This document shows positions 56,345 to 64,000 of a stretch of DNA of 64,000 nucleotides, piece by piece. The stretch's first letter is position 1. Every line of letters begins with the position of its first letter. Under the pieces are notes generated by a model. The model did no database searches. It saw only the letters and a program-made list of their open reading frames with translations, and had not been told where the DNA came from. The position numbers and the translations under genes were made by a program. The stretch comes from Patescibacteria group bacterium (GTDB taxonomy: Bacteria; Patescibacteriota; UBA1384; UBA12157; JAENIV01), in the NCBI GenBank assembly GCA_049515915.1, contig JBEKTP010000006.1:4865-68864 (forward strand), in the 5' to 3' direction.

Positions 56345-57385
56345 ATGGGGATAACGTTTTTGATTATTTTATTTTTAATTTCATCCGCCGTGATTTGGTA
56401 CGCCGGTGTTTATTTGGCTAAAGCAACCGATACAATTGATACCCGATTTAATTTAGGCGACGCGTTAGGCGGCTTAATTTTACTGGGTATTGCCGGCAGT
56501 CTGCCTGAAATTGCCGTTGTCGTAAGCGCCGCTTTAAAAGGAAATTATGACGTTATCATTGGCAATTTAATCGGCGGCATTTCGATCCAAACGCTGGTGA
56601 TCATTATTTTTGACGCCATTGTCAAAGGCAAAAAACCCCTCTCGTACTTAGCCGGTTCAGCCATGCTGGCTTTAGAAGGACTTTTTGCCATTGTCATTAT
56701 TGCCATGACGATCGTGGGCGCCAAACTGCCAGCCAATGTTCATTTCGCCGGCATTAGCCCGATTTCAATTCTAATCGTTTTGGCCTGGATTTTAGGTTTA
56801 TTTTTAATCGATAAAGTCAGACAAATAAAAGCTTTTAATACAGTTTTGCCGGACGCAGATCCCGGCCGTCGGCATAAAGAGCGACGAGCGGTTGAAAATC
56901 ACGTTTTTTTCAAAGGCCGCTCAAATTCCTTCGTTTTTTTAATTTTTGGCTTGGGTGCTTTGGCCACTTTGATCGCGGGGGTAGTGCTTGAGAGAACCGG
57001 CAATTCCATTGCTACCACCTTCGGCATTTCCTCCGGCATCTTTGCCGCCACCTTCATGGGGCTGGCCACGTCCCTTCCAGAAATCAGCACGGGCGTGGAA
57101 TCCATCCTTATCGGCGATAATCAACTTTCCATCAGCGATATTTTTGGCGGCAATGCTTTTATGCCGGTCATTTTTATTTTAGCCGATATTTTATCCAAAA
57201 AACCAGTCATGACTTTCTCGACCGGACAGGATATCGGTTTTGCCATTTTGGGTATTCTTTTAACGGCTATTTACTCAATCGCCTACATTTTTAAACCGCA
57301 ACGAAGATTTTTGCGTTTGGGAATAGATTCAATTTTAGTTCTAATCTTTTATATTCTTGGACTGGCTTTAATTTTTACCCACTAA
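56345..57385 (+). CDS. Ca2+/cation antiporter (CaCA family, YrbG-like)
   Basis: Two alpha-repeats GSLPEIAVVVSA and TSLPEISTGVES, ~10 TM helices. Confidence 0.7.
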   Translation: MGITFLIILFLISSAVIWYAGVYLAKATDTIDTRFNLGDALGGLILLGIAGSLPEIAVVVSAALKGNYDVIIGNLIGGISIQTLVIIIFDAIVKGKKPLSYLAGSAMLALEGLFAIVIIAMTIVGAKLPANVHFAGISPISILIVLAWILGLFLIDKVRQIKAFNTVLPDADPGRRHKERRAVENHVFFKGRSNSFVFLIFGLGALATLIAGVVLERTGNSIATTFGISSGIFAATFMGLATSLPEISTGVESILIGDNQLSISDIFGGNAFMPVIFILADILSKKPVMTFSTGQDIGFAILGILLTAIYSIAYIFKPQRRFLRLGIDSILVLIFYILGLALIFTH

Positions 57386-57449
57386 CTCTTGATATTTGGC
57401 GAAACTAAAATATAATTTAGTTAAACATTTAACTATAAAGAGGATACAG

Positions 57450-58193
57450 ATGAAATTTCGAATTTTTAAATCAAAGAAAAAAAAGGAACGGCTTTTAGAT
57501 GTGCTGGCGGGTTTGGCCTTGGGTATTATTTTGACATTTATTTTTATTAAGTACGTTTCACCGGCGATCAAATCAAGTGAAAACAAACAAAATAATGCTA
57601 ATGGTAACGCCGCCGTTCAAACGGGGACGACGACCATCAGCGATTCGCCTTATTTGGGTGACAAGACCAAAGCGAAAGTGGCCATTGTTGAATTTAGCGA
57701 CTTCGAATGCCCTTATTGCCAAGCATTTTATCAGCAAACTTTTGACCAAATCGTCAGCCAGTATGTCAATACTAATAAAATAATTTTTGTTTATCGGGAT
57801 TTTCTTGGTGTTGGTCAGCCGGCCGCCGAAGTCGATGCCAATGCCGCCTTATGTGTGAAGAGTCTTGCTGACAATCAAACATATTTTCAAATGGCCAAGC
57901 TAATTTATCAAAATACTGGTCTTGAAGGTCAGGGAATTGCCACCGATAAAATGGTAACCCTGGCGAGCGGTCTCGGCGTCAGTAAGGATAAGTTTACACA
58001 ATGCCTAAGTTCCGACCAGTTTAAAAATACCATCCAAAAAGATACTGACGACGGCAATAAAATTGGCGTGACCGGCACGCCCAGTTTTGTCATCGGAAAG
58101 TTAAAAAGCAACGGTGAAGTTGACGGTGAATTAATCGTCGGCGCCGAGCCATTTTCTTCTTTTCAAACAACGATTGATAAATATCTCAAATAA
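57450..58193 (+). CDS. DsbA-like thiol:disulfide oxidoreductase, membrane-anchored
   Basis: N-terminal TM, CPYC active site (FSDFECPYCQAF), thioredoxin fold. RBS AAAGAGGA. Confidence 0.7.
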   Translation: MKFRIFKSKKKKERLLDVLAGLALGIILTFIFIKYVSPAIKSSENKQNNANGNAAVQTGTTTISDSPYLGDKTKAKVAIVEFSDFECPYCQAFYQQTFDQIVSQYVNTNKIIFVYRDFLGVGQPAAEVDANAALCVKSLADNQTYFQMAKLIYQNTGLEGQGIATDKMVTLASGLGVSKDKFTQCLSSDQFKNTIQKDTDDGNKIGVTGTPSFVIGKLKSNGEVDGELIVGAEPFSSFQTTIDKYLK

Positions 58194-58308
58194 ATTTGAA
58201 AATCGGATGATTTACAAAAACCGACTAATTTAGTCGGTTTTTGTAGTAGACTTAATGCGATTTCTTTCAAACGCCTTTTAAGCTGGCTGAACCAGCTGAT
58301 ATCCTCAT

Positions 58309-59199
58309 TTATTGGCCACCTTTATAATTACCAGCGATTTTCCAAATGCCTCGTTCGCGAAAAGCCGGAATTGACTGACGACGAGCGGAGTTAAAAACTG
58401 CTGGCGCTTTTAAGTTATTTTTTCTGACATAATCTGAAAGATTAATAATTTCCGATCCTTCAAAATAGGTTATCCTTTTATTAAGCGATTCAATCAGAGC
58501 AAGGGCGATAACTTTTTCCATTAGTTTTAAGTTCTTGCTCAATTGATATTCTTCGAATGCCCGATAATAATCAGCTTTCTCCTTGTTCCTGATAATTATC
58601 CGAGGAAAACCAAGTCGCAAAAGCTGAAAATTAGTAATAACCCGGCCAATCCGGCCGTTACCGTCTAAGAAAGGATGGATCCACTCAAATTCGAGATGAA
58701 ATTTAGCAATTTTATCGGCAAAATAAAGCCTGTGATCGCTTGAATAATCGATCAAAATATTATCAATTAATCGCTCGACCTGTTCAGGAGCCGGAGCAAT
58801 GTGAGCACCGACTCTAACATACTCGCCGCTCTGGCGAAAACGACCAGCAATACGATCGTCGATGCCGCCGATTAGCATCTGGTGAATAAGTAAAATTAAT
58901 TCTTTCGATAGTTCTTCCGTCTGTGCCTTATTTCTTGTGTAATCAACGACTCTGGCAAGATTTTTAGCCTCGTAGACCTCGCGGAGAGAAACATCTCGGA
59001 AAAGCTCCTGCTCGAGAAGAATTTTTTCTGTTTCTTTGAGAGTTAGAGTTGAGTTTTCGATGGCGTTGGAGTTGTAAACGCTTTCCGGCACTTCGGCTTG
59101 ATCAATAATCGTCAAAAGAGCATCTTTGCCCTGTTTAAAAAGATTGTATTTTTCTTTTAGGTCTTTTAATTTATCTCGATAAGGTTTTGTTAATGCCAT
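58309..59199 (-). CDS. Fic/DOC family protein
   Basis: Canonical HPFLDGNGRIGR motif. Confidence 0.8.
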   Translation of the reverse strand: MALTKPYRDKLKDLKEKYNLFKQGKDALLTIIDQAEVPESVYNSNAIENSTLTLKETEKILLEQELFRDVSLREVYEAKNLARVVDYTRNKAQTEELSKELILLIHQMLIGGIDDRIAGRFRQSGEYVRVGAHIAPAPEQVERLIDNILIDYSSDHRLYFADKIAKFHLEFEWIHPFLDGNGRIGRVITNFQLLRLGFPRIIIRNKEKADYYRAFEEYQLSKNLKLMEKVIALALIESLNKRITYFEGSEIINLSDYVRKNNLKAPAVFNSARRQSIPAFRERGIWKIAGNYKGGQ

Positions 59200-59215
59200 A
59201 CTCTAATTATAATAT

Positions 59216-59246
59216 ATTCACTAATATTTGTCAATAGTTAGTGAAT
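59216..59246. promoter_or_regulatory. Perfect 9-bp inverted repeat in the fic promoter region (candidate operator)
   Basis: ATTCACTAA-13 nt-TTAGTGAAT immediately upstream of fic, overlapping a TATAAT-like box. Confidence 0.3.
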
Positions 59247-59395
59247 AATTACCTTTTTTAATAAATATTCACGCTTTTTCTTGAAATATCTCAAGGGGAG
59301 TCGAACCCGTCTACCTTGTGAGTTAACATGGGAAAACAAAAAAGAGCCTAATTTTTAGACTATTTTTGTGCCTCCAAACCTGTTAGCATCCCTTT

Positions 59396-59470
59396 TGGTA
59401 GCCTGTAGGGGAGTTGAACCCCTCTTTCCAGCTTGAAAAGCTGATGTCCTAACCGATAGACGAACAGGCC
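59396..59470 (-). tRNA. tRNA-Glu (anticodon TTC)
   Basis: Minus-strand cloverleaf GGCCTGT..TCGTCTA..GGACA, anticodon loop TTTTCAA, T-arm AGGGG TTCAACT CCCCT, acceptor with G1-U72 wobble, encoded CCA. Confidence 0.7.
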
Positions 59471-59717
59471 ATATTTATTCATATTTTGTACCAACCAAGT
59501 TGTTTTACACTACCCAAGCCAGAAACCCTGACAAATCAGGAACTCTGGCTTGAGGAACATTCGGATCTAGAACTCTTAGCCCTTTTAAGACCCTTTATCT
59601 CTTTCTAATAGTAGAATATCAGGTTTAAGAGTAAATTTCAAGCAAATTTTGAAAAATATATCGCTTTAAGCGATTTTTTACTTGACTTCTACCCTAAGAG
59701 GGGTTATAACAAAAGCG

Positions 59718-59822
59718 AAAAGAAAATATGCAAGCTTTAAGATTAACCTTCGCTATCACCGCCGTCATTGTTTATATTTTAGTTTTTCCTCACGTCATCA
59801 ATCGCTACAAATTTTTTATTAA
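59718..59822 (+). CDS. Small hydrophobic peptide (34 aa) behind a consensus promoter
   Basis: TTGACT-17-TATAAC at 59681-59712, then ATG 59718: MQALRLTFAITAVIVYILVFPHVINRYKFFINRE. Confidence 0.2.
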   Translation, partial: KRKYASFKINLRYHRRHCLYFSFSSRHQSLQIFY

Positions 59823-59979
59823 CCGAGAATAAACTCTGATCCAACAATTAACAGGCAATAGTGGTTAAAATTTAAGATTTTTTCTTTGTTAAATCCCACT
59901 CGCGTTAACCCGCAACCCCTTTACCCGCAGGTGGTTTTTTAGTATTATTAAATTAAAGAAAAAAATAATAGGAGGCCAA

Positions 59980-60336
59980 ATGGACGTAAAAAAATCATTG
60001 TTAGATGTTATTTCTGGCACTGGCGAAGCCGGGAAAACTGTTGTTTCGGTCAGTGGCGACATCATTAAGGAAGGTGAGGCAACTGTGGGCGATCTAATTC
60101 ATGTGACTTTTGAAATCGCTAAGGAAACTGGTAAAGATACGGTTGAACTAGTGAAAGATGTCGTTATTGGTGCAGTCAAAGCGACCACTGAAACAGCCGC
60201 CGTTGGCGAAGAAGGAACGGCCAATGTGATTGTTGAAGCCGAAAAAGCGGCAGGTGAAATTACTGAAGAAGGCGGCGAGGATGTTCGCAAAGGCATTGAC
60301 GAAGCAAAAAAGATTGTCAAAGAACCACTCAAATAG
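59980..60336 (+). CDS. Hypothetical acidic Gly/Glu/Thr-rich protein
   Basis: GGAGG RBS, 118 aa, repeated G-E-x-T-x-x-G-like units. Confidence 0.35.
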   Translation: MDVKKSLLDVISGTGEAGKTVVSVSGDIIKEGEATVGDLIHVTFEIAKETGKDTVELVKDVVIGAVKATTETAAVGEEGTANVIVEAEKAAGEITEEGGEDVRKGIDEAKKIVKEPLK

Positions 60337-60397
60337 ACCTCTTTAACAAAACGGCTCCGCCGAGTGGGCAGAGCCGTCCAAGACGAGGTCGAAAGGA

Positions 60398-60967
60398 CTA
60401 CGGGCAGCGGAAGGCCCATCGACAGTTAGCGGGCCAAAAATCGCTCCAGAAATCGTCTGAAAAGGCAAAAGAGCTGCAGAGCCAGCGTTTACCAAAGACG
60501 CTGGCAAGATTGAAAACCCCGGGGTAGCCGTTGGAGTCGATGATGGGCTCCATGCCGATAAGCAGCCATTCCCCCTTGGGTTGATCGCGGTATTGAAGTC
60601 GCATCGCCGGACCGACTTCGGCGGCGCAAAGCTGCAAGCCCAACGAAAGCGCCTTTTGGTAAATCTGGATGCGGGTGGCGCCGTCGGGAAAGCCCAACTC
60701 CGCGACAGTGACGATCTTGATCTTAACGGCCGTTGGCTTCGAGGCGACTTTGACTCGCTTTAGGATATCATCGCCCCATCGGCCAATCCTGAATCCGGCA
60801 CCAATAAGCGCCTGGCGCAGAGCTTCATTCGACACGTACGTACCGAGTTTAACCGTCATAGACGGCGGCCACTCAGTGACGGCCGAATCAGATGTCGATA
60901 CGAAGGCGCAGCCAGCCAGAATAACGACTAACAACAAAACAGATAATAGCCATCCAGCCTTTCTCAT
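60398..60967 (-). CDS. Putative lipoprotein (GC-rich gene)
   Basis: MRKAGWLLSVLLLVVILAGC lipobox, GGAGAAG RBS. Start trimmed from the ORF-track 61138. Confidence 0.4.
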   Translation of the reverse strand: MRKAGWLLSVLLLVVILAGCAFVSTSDSAVTEWPPSMTVKLGTYVSNEALRQALIGAGFRIGRWGDDILKRVKVASKPTAVKIKIVTVAELGFPDGATRIQIYQKALSLGLQLCAAEVGPAMRLQYRDQPKGEWLLIGMEPIIDSNGYPGVFNLASVFGKRWLCSSFAFSDDFWSDFWPANCRWAFRCP

Positions 60968-61319
60968 GCGGCTTCTCCTCTTAATGCGGATGTCGCGATC
61001 GGGAAGGTCGTCCGAGGCATCTCGGATGTTCCTCCTTGCGTTTTTTTGGTCTTCGCCTGACGATGTAAATATACAGTCGAACCTTAAGGAGTAACACTCC
61101 AAAACTACCGATTCGACTATCTGATGATGATAGCACAATTTGTGCTAAAAAATCAAGTCCTGGAACAAATTTCCAAGGTTAGAAAAATAATTCGAATCCC
61201 AAGTAAGGTTATTTAAAATAGGGCTGTTTAACAACAAAAAAGACCCAAAAGTCTTTTGCATCTTTTCCTACCCCTTATACTCTTTTCTCTCCTCTTAAAA
61301 AGTTCCACTTTCTAACCTG

Positions 61320-61391
61320 AGGGCCACCAGGGACTCGAACCCTGAACCATTTCCTTAAGAGGGAAATGCTCTACCATTGAGCTAGTGGCCC
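61320..61391 (-). tRNA. tRNA-Lys (anticodon CTT)
   Basis: Acceptor GGGCCAC/GTGGCCC, anticodon stem TTTCC/GGAAA with loop CTCTTAA, T-arm CAGGG TTCGAGT CCCTG. Confidence 0.8.
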
Positions 61392-62080
61392 ATATCAATT
61401 TTTTTTGAAGCTTCCTCAATCCACCCCAAAATTCTGTGCCTAAGATTTTCACTGCAAAACCTAATTTTTATTGTTCCGTTGTATAGTATGTTTTTCCTGT
61501 GGCCTGTTCCTTCTGGTTTAATATAACTTTTGCAAAAATTATTTAAAGGAATTCCAGTTAACACCGACCAGTATTTCTTCATTCTAACTTCATCTTGTCC
61601 GGAATGTACATGAAGTTGAGCTTTTAACTTAATTGGTTTGACTGAACAGAATTTCTCAAACCATTTCACCATGAATTTGATGATTTTAGGATCAGAGTTT
61701 GAAACTTCAGCATTTTTTGTTTTACTACCTTCGGCCCAATAAAGTGCAATACCCATTAATTTAAATTCTTGATTCGATATATTTCCTATTTCTTTTTTTG
61801 CCAATGTTCTAATTCTTTTTATCTCTGCTTGTCTATTCCGATGATTTGCCTCTGCGCCATAATTTTTTATTGGACGTTTGGTGCTTAAACGCATCAGTTG
61901 AGAATTAGTTAAACAAATGTCTTTACACCATAAGCTCAAGCTGCTTTTTGAAACTTTAACTTGCTCCAAAATTTCTCTGTAGCTCGAACCTTCTTTCCTC
62001 AGTTTTCGAACTAATTTTTTTTGAACAATTTTAGTTTTCAACCGAACCTCTGACTTGATGATACAGTAACAATGTGCCAT
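61382..62080 (-). CDS. Free-standing LAGLIDADG-like homing endonuclease-like protein with N-terminal HTH
   Basis: SSYREILEQVKVSKSSLSLW HTH-like segment. GIALYWAEGSK resembles the LLGYYCAEGN block of the intein endonuclease in this window. 3' end overlaps tRNA-Lys by ~10 nt. Confidence 0.4.
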   Translation of the reverse strand: MAHCYCIIKSEVRLKTKIVQKKLVRKLRKEGSSYREILEQVKVSKSSLSLWCKDICLTNSQLMRLSTKRPIKNYGAEANHRNRQAEIKRIRTLAKKEIGNISNQEFKLMGIALYWAEGSKTKNAEVSNSDPKIIKFMVKWFEKFCSVKPIKLKAQLHVHSGQDEVRMKKYWSVLTGIPLNNFCKSYIKPEGTGHRKNILYNGTIKIRFCSENLRHRILGWIEEASKKIDMGH

Positions 62081-62099
62081 GAGTCAAATTATTAAGGAT

Positions 62100-62172
62100 C
62101 GCCCCTGGAGGGAATCGAACCCCCAACCTTGACGTTAGAATCGTCCTGCTCTATCCGTTGAGCTACAGGGGC
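62100..62172 (-). tRNA. tRNA-Arg (anticodon TCT)
   Basis: Acceptor GCCCCTG/CAGGGGC, anticodon loop ATTCTAA, T-arm GGGGG TTCGATT CCCTC. Confidence 0.75.
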
Positions 62173-62271
62173 ATAAAATAAAAAAAGTTTACGCTACAAA
62201 AATTATAGCATATTTTACCCTTAAAAGACAGAGGCCCGCTGGCGGTTCAAATTTGTTATAATAAAAGTACT

Positions 62272-64000
62272 ATGAAAGTAAATCATTCCGCCGCTCAAAG
62301 TCAACTCGAGGCAAAAGATTTTTCTAACCAGCCAGTCGAGAAGGTTTTAAGTGACCTTAAAAGCCGAGCCAGTGGTCTGACTAGTCAAGAAGCGGCTAAA
62401 TTTTTAGCCATTTATGGCCCAAATGAAGTCAGAACCAAAGATGAAAAAAGTGCATTTTCACTGTTCCTTAGTAAGTTTTACAATCCGCTGGTAATTATGC
62501 TTTTTATTGTCGCTATTTTTTCCATCTTTTTCGGCGAAAAAGTAAGCGCCATTATTATCATTGCCATTGCGTTCTTAAGCGTCATTTTGTCATTCATTCA
62601 GGAGCACAGCGCTTCTAAAAATGCCAAAAAACTTCAGGAAATGGTTAAAGTGAGCGCTACAGTACAACGTGACGGCATAAAAAAAGAGGTAGCTTTAAGC
62701 GAAATTGTGCCAGGCGATATCGTCGAGCTTTCGGCCGGCAAACTCGTGCCCGCTGATTTAAGAATCATCCAAAGCAAAGATTTGTTTGTTAACCAGTCTT
62801 CACTGAACGGTGAGTCTTTCCCTGTTGAAAAAGATTCTGCCTCTCAAACAACAAAAACCACTTCCATTTTTGATGCTCAGAATCTTCTTTTTATGGGCTC
62901 GAGCATCGCGTCGGGCAGCGGTCAAGGGGTGGCCATAATTACTGGCCGCCAAACGGAATTTGGCAAAATAACTGGCGAACTAACCGCCGCCAAAACCGAA
63001 ACGGCTTTTGACCAAGGCATTAAAAAATTAACGTGGCTTTTAATCCGATTTATTGTTGTTTTAGCCCTTTTCATTTTTTTGGTCAACGCCCTCTTTAAGG
63101 GCAATTTCGTGGAATCCTTACTTTTTGCCTTGGCTATCGCGGTCGGACTAACACCCGAAATGCTCCCTATGATTGTGACGGTTAATCTGTCCAAAGGGGC
63201 TATTAATATGGCTAAGAAAAAAGTGATCATCAAAGAGCTTGATTCCATTCAAAACTTCGGGGCAATGGACGTGCTTTGCACCGACAAAACCGGCACGTTG
63301 ACTCTTAACGACATCACTTTAGTTGAATATACCGATTTTGCCGGTCATAAAGATGATGAAATTTTAAGACTCGCCTTTATTAACAGCAACTTTCAAACCG
63401 GGCTGACCAATCTTTTAGAGCAAGCAATTTTTGATTATAAAAAATTCGATCTAAAAAATATTCGAAAAATCGATGAAGTGCCCTTCGATTTTTCGCGGCG
63501 GATCTTATCGGTGGTGATTGACGATCAAGGCAAAGATAAGCTCATTGCCAAAGGGGCCCCGGAAGAAATTTTAGCGAGATCGAATTTTTATTACCTCGGT
63601 GGACAGATTCTAAAATTGGAAGAAGCTCAAATCGAAAAGCTAAACCAAGAGTATGATAATTTTAGCCGCGAAGGCTTCCGCGTTTTAGCAGTGGCTTACC
63701 AAGAAGTGGAGAAAAAACCAAGTTATTCTCAAAAAGACGAGGCCAATTTGATTTTTGTGGGGTTTATTTCTTTCCTAGATCCGCCGAAGCCGGACGCCGC
63801 TCAAGCGATTAAAAATCTTGAATCGCTGGGTATTACATTGAAAGTTCTTTCCGGTGACAACGAGTTGGTAACCGAAAAAATTTGTCGTGAAGTTGGCCTT
63901 AACACCGAAGGCATTCTGACCGGCACCGATTTAGAAAAATTAAACGATGACGAAGTTAAGCACAAAGTTGAAACGGTCAATGTTTTTGTGCGGCTAGATC
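62272..64000 (+). CDS. Mg2+/cation-transporting P-type ATPase (MgtA-like), 5' partial at the window end
   Basis: ATG 62272, open to the end of the window. Contains LAIYGPNEV N-terminus, TM helices, phosphorylation site CTDKTGTLT. Absent from the ORF track because no stop lies in the window. Confidence 0.8.
   Translation, partial: MKVNHSAAQSQLEAKDFSNQPVEKVLSDLKSRASGLTSQEAAKFLAIYGPNEVRTKDEKSAFSLFLSKFYNPLVIMLFIVAIFSIFFGEKVSAIIIIAIAFLSVILSFIQEHSASKNAKKLQEMVKVSATVQRDGIKKEVALSEIVPGDIVELSAGKLVPADLRIIQSKDLFVNQSSLNGESFPVEKDSASQTTKTTSIFDAQNLLFMGSSIASGSGQGVAIITGRQTEFGKITGELTAAKTETAFDQGIKKLTWLLIRFIVVLALFIFLVNALFKGNFVESLLFALAIAVGLTPEMLPMIVTVNLSKGAINMAKKKVIIKELDSIQNFGAMDVLCTDKTGTLTLNDITLVEYTDFAGHKDDEILRLAFINSNFQTGLTNLLEQAIFDYKKFDLKNIRKIDEVPFDFSRRILSVVIDDQGKDKLIAKGAPEEILARSNFYYLGGQILKLEEAQIEKLNQEYDNFSREGFRVLAVAYQEVEKKPSYSQKDEANLIFVGFISFLDPPKPDAAQAIKNLESLGITLKVLSGDNELVTEKICREVGLNTEGILTGTDLEKLNDDEVKHKVETVNVFVRLD

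Noticed and set aside
58200-62200. Prophage or integrative element around Fic and the tRNA cluster
   Set aside because: Fic, tRNA genes, a LAGLIDADG-like ORF and tRNA fragments co-occur. However there is no integrase, recombinase or structural phage gene, and no direct repeat duplicating a tRNA 3' end.

Overview
This window looks like a low-GC genome fragment with small genes and overlapping stop/start operons, typical of a CPR/Patescibacteria-like bacterium (my inference from the gene repertoire). Core genes present include rpmI-rplT, rpsP-KH-trmD, rplY, smpB, rny, HU, glyA-folA-thyA-dCMP deaminase-dcd, thrS, a def-fmt fusion, a MiaB-like enzyme and eight tRNAs.

On top of that core, there are several striking accessory features:
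1. An AmmeMemoRadiSam operon whose radical SAM gene carries a 437-aa LAGLIDADG-type intein. The intein is inserted exactly at the third cysteine of the Cx3Cx2C cluster motif, and the operon is extended by a class-1 DHOD-family flavoprotein and a PriA-like gene.
2. A probable diversity-generating retroelement (DGR): a reverse transcriptase with the DGR-specific IGxxxSQ motif sits divergently next to an Avd-like four-helix-bundle gene. The RT reading frame is split exactly at a (GA)8.5 dinucleotide tract. A GC-rich candidate target gene lies next to it and ends in a hairpin.
3. A roughly 9-kb cell-surface gene cluster: a 1605-aa Thr/Gly-rich giant protein, two C-terminally anchored accessory proteins and two paralogous secreted proteins.
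4. A restriction-modification neighbourhood: a beta-class DNA methyltransferase fused to an Mrr-like nuclease domain, plus a PD-(D/E)xK nuclease candidate and a GIY-YIG gene.
5. Several short GC-rich islands (purC, ndk, a TolB-like beta-propeller and others) embedded in the AT-rich backbone, each with consensus sigma70 promoters or flanking hairpins. These look like horizontally acquired cassettes.
6. An XRE-HTH::Hsp20 in-frame fusion with an internal RBS and ATG.
7. A free-standing LAGLIDADG-like ORF between tRNA-Lys and tRNA-Arg.
8. An unannotated desulforedoxin-like mini-ORF.

No CRISPR array, rRNA gene or integrase was seen. A template repeat (TR) for the DGR could not be located by eye.
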